Source of the DNA: an uncultured Chloroflexia bacterium
GTDB lineage: Bacteria; Chloroflexota; Limnocylindria; Limnocylindrales; CSP1-4
DNA length: 64,000 bases
Direction: 5' to 3'
Assembly: GCA_963809595.1 (NCBI GenBank)
Contig: CAWEKG010000002.1
Location: 20,713 to 84,712, forward strand
Every line of letters starts with the position of its first letter. Position 1 is the first letter of the stretch. The notes below the pieces were generated by a model. That model saw nothing but the letters and a program-made list of their open reading frames with translations, did not search any database and was not told where the DNA came from. The translations under genes and the position numbers were made by a program. Below, piece after piece: positions 10,237-19,619 of this stretch.

Positions 10237-11157
10237 ATGGGCGAAGCTCCCTACCGGCGTGTACACGTCGTGGTCAACCCGGCCTCGGGTAAGGATGAGC
10301 CGATCCTCAACGTCCTCAACGACGTATTCCGCCAGCACGGCGTGGATTGGGACATCAGCCTGACCCACAAGTACGGCGATGCCAGTGCGCACGCCCGGGC
10401 GGCGATCGCCGACGGCGTCGACCTGGTCGTCGGCTATGGTGGTGACGGCACCCAGCACGAGATCGCGAACGCGGTCCTGCTGGCGCAAGCCGAGACGGGT
10501 CGGACGACGCCGATGGGCATCCTCCCGGGCGGCACCGGCAACGGCTTCGCCCGCGAGATGGGCGTGCCTGGGACGCTCCGCGAGGCCACGACCGTCCTGT
10601 GCACGAGCGTGAGCACGCGCTCGATCGACGTGGGCCGGCTGGTGAGCGTCGCGCAGGCACAGGTCGAGGATCGTTACTTCATCCAGCGGCTCTACATCGG
10701 TATCGAACCCGAGCAGCAGACCAGCCGCGAGCTCAAGGACAAGTACGGCGTCTTCGCGTATGCGGTGTCCATGGCGGGGCAGGCGAGGACCGGCAGCCGC
10801 TGCCGCTATCTGGCCGACGTCGATGGTGTGCACCTCGAGTTCGAGGCATCGAAGGTCTACCTCGTGAACTCGGGGATGATGGGCACAGGCCTCAAGATCA
10901 CGCACACCTACGCCATCGACGACGGGCTGCTGGACTGCTTCGCGATCGATGCCCACAACCTCGACAGCGTCACGGCGGCCGCGGCGCGGTTCCTGGCCGT
11001 CCCCGCGCTCGACGAGATGAAGTACCTCCGGCAGGCGCGTGCCGTGACCCTCGAGGCCGAGCCGGACCAGCCGGTGTGGACGGACGGCGAGTACATCGGG
11101 CGGACGCCCGTCAAGGTCGAGGTCATCCCGTCGGCCCTGACCGTTGTCGTCCCCTGA
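10237..11157 (+). CDS. diacylglycerol-kinase-family lipid kinase (YegS/BmrU/DagK type)
   Basis: ATG at 10237 is preceded by GGAGG (10226-10230). VVVNPASGK...VVGYGGDGTQHEIANA...LPGGTGNGFARE are DAGK catalytic-domain motifs. Confidence 0.85.
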   Translation: MGEAPYRRVHVVVNPASGKDEPILNVLNDVFRQHGVDWDISLTHKYGDASAHARAAIADGVDLVVGYGGDGTQHEIANAVLLAQAETGRTTPMGILPGGTGNGFAREMGVPGTLREATTVLCTSVSTRSIDVGRLVSVAQAQVEDRYFIQRLYIGIEPEQQTSRELKDKYGVFAYAVSMAGQARTGSRCRYLADVDGVHLEFEASKVYLVNSGMMGTGLKITHTYAIDDGLLDCFAIDAHNLDSVTAAAARFLAVPALDEMKYLRQARAVTLEAEPDQPVWTDGEYIGRTPVKVEVIPSALTVVVP

Positions 11158-11698
11158 GGCGCCAGAGCGGCTCGACGCGTTCCACTGGGCGTTCGACAAG
11201 CTGTACCCGGCGATCCGGTTCACCTACGAGCGCCTGTTCGGGCATGCCTGGTTCTCCCAGGTCACGCCCCAGCTCTGGATGGGTGGAGCGCCGACCTACC
11301 GACGCGACTACGAGGCGCTGCTCGCCGACGGGATCACGGCGGTCCTCGACGTTCGGGCCGAGCGCATCGCAGACCTCGCGTTCTACGACGCGAATGGCAT
11401 CTCCCACCGGCAATTCCACGTGCCGGACATCGGCGTCCCGAACGAGGATGTCCTGACCGAGGCGGTCGACTGGATCGACGCGCAGCTCGCCGACGGTCGT
11501 ACGGTCCTCGCCCACTGCGCCAAGGGCCGCGGCCGCTCGGCGACAGTGCTGGCCGCGTACCTCATGCGGGAGGACGGGATGAGCTTCGGTGCGGCGAGCG
11601 CACTGCTTCGCTCGAAGCGGCCGCTGGTCAAGCTCGAGGCCCGGCATCGCCGCGTGCTGGAGGCCTGGATCGCGACACAAGGGGTTGCCCCCGGGTGA
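11144..11698 (+). CDS. dual-specificity (Cys-based) protein/lipid phosphatase
   Basis: The active-site P-loop is VLAHCAKGRGRSATV (HCx5R[S/T]). The only start codon upstream of the conserved core is TTG at 11144, 14 nt inside the end of the lipid-kinase gene. Confidence 0.8.
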   Translation: MSSPEAPERLDAFHWAFDKLYPAIRFTYERLFGHAWFSQVTPQLWMGGAPTYRRDYEALLADGITAVLDVRAERIADLAFYDANGISHRQFHVPDIGVPNEDVLTEAVDWIDAQLADGRTVLAHCAKGRGRSATVLAAYLMREDGMSFGAASALLRSKRPLVKLEARHRRVLEAWIATQGVAPG

Positions 11699-11839
11699 CG
11701 CGGGCGGAGGGCGACCGCGACCCGCTCATGGGCAGGACGGCCCGGGGGGAAGCCCGGTCCAGAGGTCGCGGATCGCTCGATTGTCGTTCCAGGGACGGGC
11801 CCGAGCCGCGGTCCGGGCTCGACCCGAGGTCGCTGCCAG

Positions 11840-12637
11840 CTAGGCGCTCGGCTTGCCCTTCGGCCAGTAGAGCTCCTTCTTGACGTGGAACTCGGGGAAG
11901 CCGCGGTCCATCAGGACCGATTCCACGTTGAGGATCATGTCCGGGTTGCCGCAGATGTAGACGACGGTCCGGTCCGGTCGCAGGCCGAGGTCCTTGCAGA
12001 CCGAGCCGACCACCGCCTCGGCTCGACCCAGCCGGCCCGTCCAGCCCGCGTTCCGAGGGTCGTCCGGACGCGAGATCGTCGGGACGTAGGTGAGGGGATA
12101 GGCCCCGGTCAGCTCGAGCCCCTCGAGCTCCTCGCGGTAGCCCAGTTCCTCGACGAACGAGCAGCCGTGGAGGACGACCGTCTTGCGCGGCTGCCCGTCG
12201 GCCATCGACTCGCGGATCATCGAGATGAATGGCGCCAGCCCGGTCCCGGTCGAGACGAAGAGGTGGGTCCGCTTGTCGTTCGGCTCCAGGAGGAACCGGC
12301 CCTTCGGTCCGATCATCCGCATCCTGTGCCCGATCGGCAGCCGCCACAGGAGCGTCGTGAAGCGCAGGATCGGGACGAGTCGGACGTAGAACTCGTAGCC
12401 ACCGTCCCGGGATTCGCGCGGGGCCGAGGCCACCGAATACGGCCGCTGGACGAGCTTGCCGTCGGCGAAGACCCCGATCGTGAGGTACTGGCCGGGCTCG
12501 AACCGGATCGGCTCGCCCTCGAGCTTGACCCAGAAGTAGGCCAGGTCGTCGGTCTGGTCGACACGCCGGACGAGACGGGCGTTGTAGGTCTCCGCCTCGT
12601 CGTCGATGTCGCGGGTGTCGTCCGAGAGATCGATCAT
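11840..12637 (-). CDS. ferredoxin--NADP(+) reductase (plant-type FNR/Fpr family)
   Basis: RPYSVAS (the RxYS FAD motif), MIGPKGRF, FVSTGTGLAPFISM and VYICGNPDM, ending ...ELYWPKG. Confidence 0.85.
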   Translation of the reverse strand: MIDLSDDTRDIDDEAETYNARLVRRVDQTDDLAYFWVKLEGEPIRFEPGQYLTIGVFADGKLVQRPYSVASAPRESRDGGYEFYVRLVPILRFTTLLWRLPIGHRMRMIGPKGRFLLEPNDKRTHLFVSTGTGLAPFISMIRESMADGQPRKTVVLHGCSFVEELGYREELEGLELTGAYPLTYVPTISRPDDPRNAGWTGRLGRAEAVVGSVCKDLGLRPDRTVVYICGNPDMILNVESVLMDRGFPEFHVKKELYWPKGKPSA

Positions 12638-12948
12638 CGATCGGTCGCCTCCTGGTGCTGCCCGGCGCGGGCCGCGGATCCCGATCGCGAGGTCCGCGGC
12701 GACGCCGTCCTGGCGGTCCGGCCGGGACCCGGCGGGCCGCCAGGCCCCCAGTCTATCGGGCCGGCCGGAGCCGGTCGCGGTCCGTGCGGCCCGTTGAGGT
12801 CGCGGTCGGGTTCCGCGACCATCTCGAACGGGAGTCGGAACCGGCTCGCCCCGGCCGTGTGCCCGGCCCCGCCGTACAATCCCCGCGGACCCATACGATC
12901 ACCGCGCCGCCCGGCGCCGCGCCCCCAGACCCGGAGGAACCTGCCCCG

Positions 12949-15747
12949 ATGACCGAGACCGTCGCGACCCCGTCCGAACGCGCCCACCGCGCCGCGAAGC
13001 GCTACATCTACGCCTGGGGCGGGGGACGGGCCGAGGGCAACAACGAGATGAAGGACCTCCTCGGTGGGAAGGGCGCCGGCCTGGCCGAGATGACCAGCGC
13101 GGGCCTGCCCACGCCACCCGGGTTCACGATCACGACCGAGGCCTGCAACGACTACTTCGCCGCCGGCGAGACCCTCCCGGCCGGGCTCTGGGACGACGTC
13201 CTCGAGGCCGTCCGCGCCGTGGAGCTCGAGACGGGCAAGGGCTTCGGCGACCCGGCCAACCCCTTGCTCGTTAGCGTTCGCTCCGGGGCCAAGTTCTCGA
13301 TGCCCGGGATGATGGACACCGTCCTCAACCTCGGGCTGAACGAGCGGACCCTCGAGGGGCTCATCGCCCTGACCGGCAACGAGCGCTTCGGCTGGGACGC
13401 CTACCGGCGCTTCATCCAGATGTTCGGCCGGATCGTCATGGGCGTCGGCGGCGAGCGGTTCGACGAGGCGCTCGACGCGGCCAAGCACGCTCGCGGCGTC
13501 AGCCAGGACACCGACCTCGATGCGACCGCCCTGCGCGAGGTCGTCGCGGCGTATCGGGCCATCGTCCGACAGGAGACCGGCCGCGAGTTCCCGGCCGACC
13601 CGAACGACCAGCTCGATCTGGCCATCAAGGCCGTCTTCGCCAGCTGGTTCGGGAAGCGGGCCCGCGACTATCGCGAGAACCAGAAGATCGCCCACGACCT
13701 GGGCACGGCGGTCAACGTCGTCTCGATGGTCTTCGGCAACATGGGCGACGACTCGGGCACCGGGGTGGCCTTCACCCGCGACCCGAACACCGGCGAGAAG
13801 GTCCTCTATGGCGAGTACCTCACGAACGCCCAGGGCGAGGATGTGGTGGCCGGGATCCGGACCCCTCAGAAGATCGCCCACCTGGCGGTGGACCTGCCGA
13901 GCGCCTACGAGGAGTTCCAGCGGATCGCCGACCGCCTCGAGCACCACTACCGCGACGTCCAGGACCTCGAGTTCACGATCGAGCGCGGCCGGCTCTACAT
14001 GCTCCAGACCCGGAGCGCCAAGCGGACCGCCGCGGCGGCCGTGAAGATCGCCACCGACATGGTCGCCGAGGGCGTCATCACCAAGGAGGAGGCGCTCGCC
14101 CGGATCGAGCCGGCCCACGTCGACCAGCTCCTCCGCGACCAGTACGACCCGGCGGCGCTCAAGACCGCGACCCGCCTGGCCAAGGGCCTGAACGCCTCGC
14201 CCGGCGCCGCCGTGGGCAGGGCCGTCTTCTCGGCCGACGACGCGGTGGCCTGGGTCGGCCGCGGAGAGAAGGTCGTCCTCGTCCGGATCGAGACCTCGCC
14301 CGACGACTTCCACGGCATGGCCGTGGCCCAGGGGATCCTCACCGCCCGCGGCGGAGCCACCTCGCACGCCGCGGTGGTGGCTCGCCAGATCGGCAAGCCG
14401 TGCGTCGCCGGTTGCGCCGAGCTGGTCGTGGACTACGCCACGAAGGTCGCCCGGAGCACCGAGAGCGGGGCCAGCTTCGCCGAGGGCGACTGGATCAGCG
14501 TCGACGGCTCGACCGGCGAGGTCTTCGCCGGTGCCCTGCCCACGGTGAGCGCCCGGTTCGAGGACCAGCCCGAGCTCCAGACGATCCTGGGCTACGCCGA
14601 CGAGGTCCGCCGGATGGGGGTCTGGACGAACGCCGACAAGCCTGAGGAGGCAGCCATGGCCCGGCGCTACGGCGCCCAGGGCATCGGCCTGTGCCGGACC
14701 GAGCACATGTTCCGCGAGGGCGAGCGTCTCGAGATCGTCCGTGGCGCCATCCTGGTGGCCAACGTCGCGACCCGGGCCAAGGCGCGCCTCGCCGCCGGCG
14801 AGACGCTCGGGGCGGAGGATGCCGCGGCCATCGCGACGTTCGATGCCGCGATGGGACAGCTCGAGGTCCTCCAGCAGGGCGACTTCGAGGGGATCTTCCG
14901 GGCGATGGACGGCCTGCCGGTCGTCGTCCGGCTCATCGACCCGCCGCTCCACGAGTTCCTGCCCAACCACGACGAGCTGCTCGTCGAGGTCACCGAGCAC
15001 CGGGTCAAGGGCACCCCCGAGAGCGACCCCGACTACGCCCGGGCGCGCGAGGTCCTCGCCGTCGTCGAATCGATGCGCGAGCAGAACCCGATGCTCGGCC
15101 TGCGCGGCTGTCGGCTGGGCCTGATGATCCCGGACTTCGTGAAGATCCAGACCCGGGCCATCCTGAACGCCCAGATCGCGGTCAAGAAGGCCGGTGGCAA
15201 CCCGATCGCCAAGATCATGATCCCGCTCGTCGGGCACGCCAACGAGCTGTCGGCCACCAAGCGCCTGCTCGAGGCCGAGGCACTCGCGGTCGAGGCCAAG
15301 GCCGGCGTCCAGGTCGACTACAAGTTCGGCACGATGATCGAGGTCCCTCGCGGGGCCCTGACGGCCGACGAGATCGCCAAGGACGCGGCGTTCTTCAGCT
15401 TCGGCACGAACGACCTGACCCAGATGACCTTCGGCTACAGCCGGGACGACGCCGAGGGCGGCTTCCTGCTCAAGTACGTCGAGGAGAAGATCCTGCCGGC
15501 CAACCCGTTCCAGACCCTCGACGACGCGGTCGCGGGGCTGATGAAGATCGCGGTCGACAAGGGCCGGGCCACCCGACCCGACCTCGAGCTCGGGATCTGC
15601 GGGGAGCACGGCGGCGACCCGGAGTCGATCTTCAAGTGCGAGAAGATCGGCCTCGACTACGTCTCGTGCTCGCCGTTCCGGGTCCCGGTCGCCCGGCTGG
15701 CCGCCGCCCAGGCCGCCCTGGTCAACGCCGCTGAACGGGACAAGTAG
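12949..15747 (+). CDS. ppdK: pyruvate, phosphate dikinase
   Basis: ATG at 12949 is preceded by GGAGG (12932-12936). Diagnostic text: KDLLGGKGAGLAEMTSAGLPTPPGFTITTEAC...LTARGGATSHAAVVARQIGKPCV (catalytic His)...GIGLCRTEHMF...FSFGTNDLTQMTFG...CGEHGGDP. The ORF track extends 5' to 12655, but that part is low-complexity. Confidence 0.95.
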   Translation: MTETVATPSERAHRAAKRYIYAWGGGRAEGNNEMKDLLGGKGAGLAEMTSAGLPTPPGFTITTEACNDYFAAGETLPAGLWDDVLEAVRAVELETGKGFGDPANPLLVSVRSGAKFSMPGMMDTVLNLGLNERTLEGLIALTGNERFGWDAYRRFIQMFGRIVMGVGGERFDEALDAAKHARGVSQDTDLDATALREVVAAYRAIVRQETGREFPADPNDQLDLAIKAVFASWFGKRARDYRENQKIAHDLGTAVNVVSMVFGNMGDDSGTGVAFTRDPNTGEKVLYGEYLTNAQGEDVVAGIRTPQKIAHLAVDLPSAYEEFQRIADRLEHHYRDVQDLEFTIERGRLYMLQTRSAKRTAAAAVKIATDMVAEGVITKEEALARIEPAHVDQLLRDQYDPAALKTATRLAKGLNASPGAAVGRAVFSADDAVAWVGRGEKVVLVRIETSPDDFHGMAVAQGILTARGGATSHAAVVARQIGKPCVAGCAELVVDYATKVARSTESGASFAEGDWISVDGSTGEVFAGALPTVSARFEDQPELQTILGYADEVRRMGVWTNADKPEEAAMARRYGAQGIGLCRTEHMFREGERLEIVRGAILVANVATRAKARLAAGETLGAEDAAAIATFDAAMGQLEVLQQGDFEGIFRAMDGLPVVVRLIDPPLHEFLPNHDELLVEVTEHRVKGTPESDPDYARAREVLAVVESMREQNPMLGLRGCRLGLMIPDFVKIQTRAILNAQIAVKKAGGNPIAKIMIPLVGHANELSATKRLLEAEALAVEAKAGVQVDYKFGTMIEVPRGALTADEIAKDAAFFSFGTNDLTQMTFGYSRDDAEGGFLLKYVEEKILPANPFQTLDDAVAGLMKIAVDKGRATRPDLELGICGEHGGDPESIFKCEKIGLDYVSCSPFRVPVARLAAAQAALVNAAERDK

Positions 15748-15777
15748 CCCGACCATAGCCGCCCGCCGCCCGGGTCG

Positions 15778-17127
15778 ATGAGCGGGCGCCTCAGACGCCT
15801 GCTCGTCGACACCGCGCCGCTCCGGCGCGACCACGACTACCGGCTGCTCTGGAGCGGTCAGGTCGTCAGCGGGATGGGCACCCAGATCACCCGGATCGCC
15901 CTCCCGTACCAGGTCTACGTCGCGACCCACTCGACCCTGGCGGTCGGGGCGCTGACCCTGGTTCAGCTCATCCCGATCCTCGTCTTCTCGCTCGGCGCCG
16001 GCTCGGTCGCCGACGCGGTCGACCGGCGTCGCCTGCTTCTCATCACCCAGGCCTGCCTGGCCGTCTGCAGCCTGGCCCTGGTCGTCCTCGCGGTCGTGCC
16101 GACGGCCCCGCTGATTCTCGTCTTCGTCGTGGCGTTCATCGCGGCCGGACTCGCCTCGGTGGATCAGCCGGCACGCTCGTCGTCGATCCCGCGGCTCGTC
16201 CCGGCGGAGCGGCTGCCGGCGGCCATCGCCCTCAACCAGCTGAACTTCCAGGCCGCCTCGATCGTCGGACCGGCGATCGGCGGGCTGCTCATCGCCACGG
16301 TCGGGCTGGCCGGGGCGTACACGGCCGACTTCCTGAGCTTCAGCGCCTCGATCGTCGCGCTCCTGCTCATCGCCCCGATCCCGCCGCTCGGGCGGGTGTC
16401 GCGGCCGGGCATGGCCGCGATCCGCGAGGGGCTGGCCTACGTGCGCGGTCGGCGGCTCGTCCTGTCGACCTTCGCGATCGACCTCGCGGCGATGATCTTC
16501 GGGATGCCCACGGCGCTCTTCCCGGCGCTGGCCATCGACGTCTTCGGGACCGGCGCGATCGGGGTCGGCCTGATGGCCGCCGCGCCCGGACTCGGGGCGT
16601 TCTTCGGGGCACTCCTGTCAGGCTGGGTCGCGGCGGTCCGGCGGCCGGGCCGCGCCGTGGTCATCGCCGTATCGATCTGGGGCCTGGCCATCGTCGGGTT
16701 CGGTCTGGCGACCTTCTCGTTCCCGCTGGCCCTCTTGTTCCTGGCCATCGCCGGCGCGGCCGATGTCCTGTCGGCGGTCTTCCGGGCGACGATCGTCCAG
16801 CTCGACACGCCCGACCACCTGCGCGGGCGGGTGACCTCGGTCCACATCCTGGTGGTCACCAGCGGGCCGCGGATCGGCGACCTCGAGGCGGCCGTCGTGG
16901 CCTCGATCGCCGGGGTCAGCTTCTCGGTCGTCTCCGGCGGGCTGCTCTGCCTGGCCGGGGTGGGGCTGGTCGTCCGGGCCTACCCGGAGCTGATGGCCCA
17001 CGTCCTGCCCTCCCGGGGCGGTCGACTGGTCGAGCGTGCGCCCGAGCCGCTCGAGCCCGCACCCGGCCTCGCCGATCCGGTCGAGCCAGCCACTCCCGTC
17101 GAGCGCGCCGGTCCCGGATCAGCCTGA
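15778..17127 (+). CDS. MFS transporter (EntS/MFS_3-like)
   Basis: About 12 predicted hydrophobic helices. The N-terminus DYRLLWSGQVVSGMGTQITRIALPYQVY and the VADAVDRRRLL loop are typical of this MFS subfamily. Confidence 0.85.
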   Translation: MSGRLRRLLVDTAPLRRDHDYRLLWSGQVVSGMGTQITRIALPYQVYVATHSTLAVGALTLVQLIPILVFSLGAGSVADAVDRRRLLLITQACLAVCSLALVVLAVVPTAPLILVFVVAFIAAGLASVDQPARSSSIPRLVPAERLPAAIALNQLNFQAASIVGPAIGGLLIATVGLAGAYTADFLSFSASIVALLLIAPIPPLGRVSRPGMAAIREGLAYVRGRRLVLSTFAIDLAAMIFGMPTALFPALAIDVFGTGAIGVGLMAAAPGLGAFFGALLSGWVAAVRRPGRAVVIAVSIWGLAIVGFGLATFSFPLALLFLAIAGAADVLSAVFRATIVQLDTPDHLRGRVTSVHILVVTSGPRIGDLEAAVVASIAGVSFSVVSGGLLCLAGVGLVVRAYPELMAHVLPSRGGRLVERAPEPLEPAPGLADPVEPATPVERAGPGSA

Positions 17128-17142
17128 CCGGGCGGTCTGCCC

Positions 17143-18276
17143 TCAGAAGACGATCACGCTCCTGAGGCCTTCCCCTCGCCGGAGCCGGTCGAAGGCCGCT
17201 TCGACGTCATCGAGCCCGATCCGCCGGTCGACCAGCCGGTCGATCGGCAGCCGGCCCTCCAGGAAGTGCGTGGCGTAACGCGGGAAGTCGCGGGCCGCCA
17301 CCGAGGATCCGTAGTTCGAGCCGAGGATCCGCCGGCCGCCGTCGACGAAGCGATAGACGTCGAAGGTGGCCCGCTCGCCCTGCGGGGTCATCCCGACGAG
17401 GACCGCGGTCCCGCCCGGGGGCAGCGCCTCGATGGCCAGCTCGACCGTGGCGGGCCGGCCGATCGCCTCGAAGACGACATCCGGTCCACCCCCGGTGAGC
17501 GACCGGAGAGCCTCGGCGACGGCGTCAGGCGCCGACCCGGGTCCGTCCGGCCCGTCGGTCGCCAGTATCGTGTCGGTCGCGCCGAGGTCGCGGGCGACCT
17601 CCAGCTTCCCCGGGACCCGGTCGACGGCGACGATCGTCCCGGCTCCCGCCAGCCGGGCCCCCATCACGACCGAGAGTCCGACGCCCCCCAGCCCGATGAC
17701 CGCGACGCTCGCGCCCGGGGTGACGGCGGCCGTGTTCAGGACCGCCCCGACACCGGTGGCCGCGCAGCAGCCGATGAGCGCCGCGACCTCCGGCGGCGTT
17801 CCCGCCGGCATCGGGATGGCCGCCGCGGCCGGCACGACCTGGGCTTCGGCCATGGTCCCGATCGAGAGATAGGCCAGGACCGGCGTACCGTCGGCCCGCG
17901 CCAGCCGGGCCCGCCCCTCGCCGTCGCGCCCGTGGCGGAACGATGGGGAGTCCGGGCACTCCCACGACCGACCTGCCCGACAGGACCGGCACGAGCCGCA
18001 GGGGACCACCCAGGCGAGGGCCACGAGCTCGCCGATCGCCGGCCCGACGACCCCGGGATCCACCTGAGGGCCGACGGCCTCGACGACGCCGGCGCCCTCG
18101 TGACCCATCACCATCGGCCCGGGCCGCAGCCACTCGCCATCCCGGACGTGGAGGTCGGAGTGGCAGACGCCGCTCGCCAGCATCCGGACGCGGACCTGTC
18201 CGGGGCCGGGCTCGGCCAGCTTCAGATCCTCGACGACGACGGGGACCCCGGGACGCTCCAGGACGGCGGCTCGCAT
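17143..18276 (-). CDS. zinc-dependent alcohol dehydrogenase (class III / mycothiol-dependent formaldehyde dehydrogenase-like)
   Basis: GVCHSDLH...GHEGAGVV (catalytic Zn), CGSCRSCRAG (structural Zn) and VIGLGGVGLS (Rossmann fold). Substrate is not determinable. Confidence 0.85.
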   Translation of the reverse strand: MRAAVLERPGVPVVVEDLKLAEPGPGQVRVRMLASGVCHSDLHVRDGEWLRPGPMVMGHEGAGVVEAVGPQVDPGVVGPAIGELVALAWVVPCGSCRSCRAGRSWECPDSPSFRHGRDGEGRARLARADGTPVLAYLSIGTMAEAQVVPAAAAIPMPAGTPPEVAALIGCCAATGVGAVLNTAAVTPGASVAVIGLGGVGLSVVMGARLAGAGTIVAVDRVPGKLEVARDLGATDTILATDGPDGPGSAPDAVAEALRSLTGGGPDVVFEAIGRPATVELAIEALPPGGTAVLVGMTPQGERATFDVYRFVDGGRRILGSNYGSSVAARDFPRYATHFLEGRLPIDRLVDRRIGLDDVEAAFDRLRRGEGLRSVIVF

Positions 18277-18312
18277 CGGACGAGTGTACGGCCGGCGTGC
18301 GCGTGCGGCGCC

Positions 18313-18714
18313 TCAAGCGCCGTCGTCGACCGTCCGGAGGTCGGGCCGGCTGAGACCGACGAGGATGACCGCGGCGAGTCCGACACCCAGGATCGTCACC
18401 GGGCCGAGCAGTCCGCCCGCTGCGAAGAGACCGTCGATCACGGCGATCGCGCCGAGGGCCGGAGCCACGACCAGGCCGAGCGGGCGCGCCCAGCGACGGC
18501 GCAGCCAGGTCCCGATGGCCAGGGCGAACGAGGCGATCCCGGCCAGGACCGCCAGGACGCCCACGACGGGGACGACCGCCCCCTGCCCGGCGGTCGTGGC
18601 CGAGCCGGTCAGGGCCGCCGCCCCGACGATGATCCCGAGCAGCCCGGCCACCATCGCCGCACCGGTCACCGCTGCGACCCACGTCGAACGCCCGCCCAGT
18701 CGAGCCGATGTCAC
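18313..18714 (-). CDS. small hydrophobic membrane protein (about 4 TM), unknown function
   Basis: GTG at 18714 within ORF 18313..18984. The Gly/Ala/Val/Leu-rich helices have very high third-position GC, whereas the opposite-strand ORF is Arg/Pro/Thr junk. No recognisable family. Confidence 0.55.
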   Translation of the reverse strand: MTSARLGGRSTWVAAVTGAAMVAGLLGIIVGAAALTGSATTAGQGAVVPVVGVLAVLAGIASFALAIGTWLRRRWARPLGLVVAPALGAIAVIDGLFAAGGLLGPVTILGVGLAAVILVGLSRPDLRTVDDGA

Positions 18715-18950
18715 CGGTCCGCTCCTCCTGTCCGAGTGGTCCCCGGTCCGGACTGTACGCGACCGCCGAGCCCGTCGGCCGTCCGGTCGCGGTCGCCGCC
18801 TCCGTGGCCGCCACGGGCTAGCCCCGGCGAGCACGCTCCGGCTCGATGCAGGATGAGCGTCCGGCGCTTGCCCCCGCCGCGTATCCTGCACGCAGCGGAT
18901 CGGCCGCCCATGCCTGCGCGGCGGCGAGTCCGAACACGAGGGAGGAAGCG

Positions 18951-19553
18951 ATGTCCGGACCTGAGCCCGGGGGTAGCCCCACACCGGAGGCGCCCCAACC
19001 GAGCGCCTGGGAGGCGCCGCCTCCCGGACCCGTGAAGGCCGCCGGACCGGCGCCGGGCGTCGCCTATGCCGACCTGGGGATCCGCATCGGCGCGTACATC
19101 ATCGATGTGATCGTGATGTTCGTCATCTATGCCGTCATCAGCGTCGTGATCATCGGGATCTTCGCGGGGGTGGGCGGCTTCGCCGGCTTCCTCCTCGGGC
19201 TCATCCTCCTGCTTCTCTTCGAGGCGGCCTTCAGCGCGATCTACTTCATCTACACGTGGACGAAGCTGCGCGCCTCCCCCGGCCAGAAGGTGCTGAACCT
19301 CGAGACGGTCAACGCCGCCGATGGGAAGACGCTCACCCAGCCCCAGGCGATCAAGCGCTGGCTCGTCCTGTTCGGCCCGTTCATCCTTCTCTCCGCCCTC
19401 CAGCTCGTGGTCGGCTCCACGCTCGGCGCCCTGTTCGGGCTCGTCAGCCTCGGCTACTTCATCTACCTGCTCTGGACCACCTACCAGGATCCCAAGCGGC
19501 AGGGCTTCCACGATCACTACGCGGAGACGGTGGTCGTCAAGCGCTCCGCCTGA
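18951..19553 (+). CDS. RDD-family membrane protein
   Basis: ATG at 18951 is preceded by GGGAGG. It has a Pro-rich N-terminus, then YADLGIRIGAYIIDVIVMFVIY...YTWTKLRASPGQKVLNL...QGFHDHYAETVVV, the RDD-domain pattern. Confidence 0.8.
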   Translation: MSGPEPGGSPTPEAPQPSAWEAPPPGPVKAAGPAPGVAYADLGIRIGAYIIDVIVMFVIYAVISVVIIGIFAGVGGFAGFLLGLILLLLFEAAFSAIYFIYTWTKLRASPGQKVLNLETVNAADGKTLTQPQAIKRWLVLFGPFILLSALQLVVGSTLGALFGLVSLGYFIYLLWTTYQDPKRQGFHDHYAETVVVKRSA

Positions 19554-19570
19554 CCGACCTCGCCCATCGC

Positions 19571-19601
19571 CGACGACCCCGGCCCTCCGCCGGGGTCGTC
19601 G
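19571..19601. terminator. GC-rich perfect hairpin between convergent genes (putative bidirectional terminator)
   Basis: CGACGACCCCGGC-cctcc-GCCGGGGTCGTCG: a 13-bp perfect stem with a 5-nt loop, between the RDD gene (+) and tdk (-). There is no clear U-tract. Confidence 0.55.
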
Positions 19602-19619
19602 GATTCCCGGGCGCGATTC

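Noticed and set aside
12634-15930. Very long antisense ORFs opposite real genes: 1098 aa opposite ppdK, and likewise 40989..44321 (1110 aa), 20322..22841 (839 aa), 52836..54812 (658 aa) and 33126..34586 (486 aa).
   Set aside because: Their translations are Arg/Pro/Gly/Asp-rich low-complexity strings with no motifs. The opposite strand encodes clearly recognisable proteins with high third-position GC. Long stop-free antisense frames are expected at this GC content.
18847-18890. An inverted repeat TGCAGGAT-N28-ATCCTGCA (with a nested CGGCG/CGCCG) in the divergent region upstream of the RDD gene.
   Set aside because: It has only 8-bp arms and a long spacer. There is no second copy in the window and no matching regulator nearby. 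I cannot separate it from chance.
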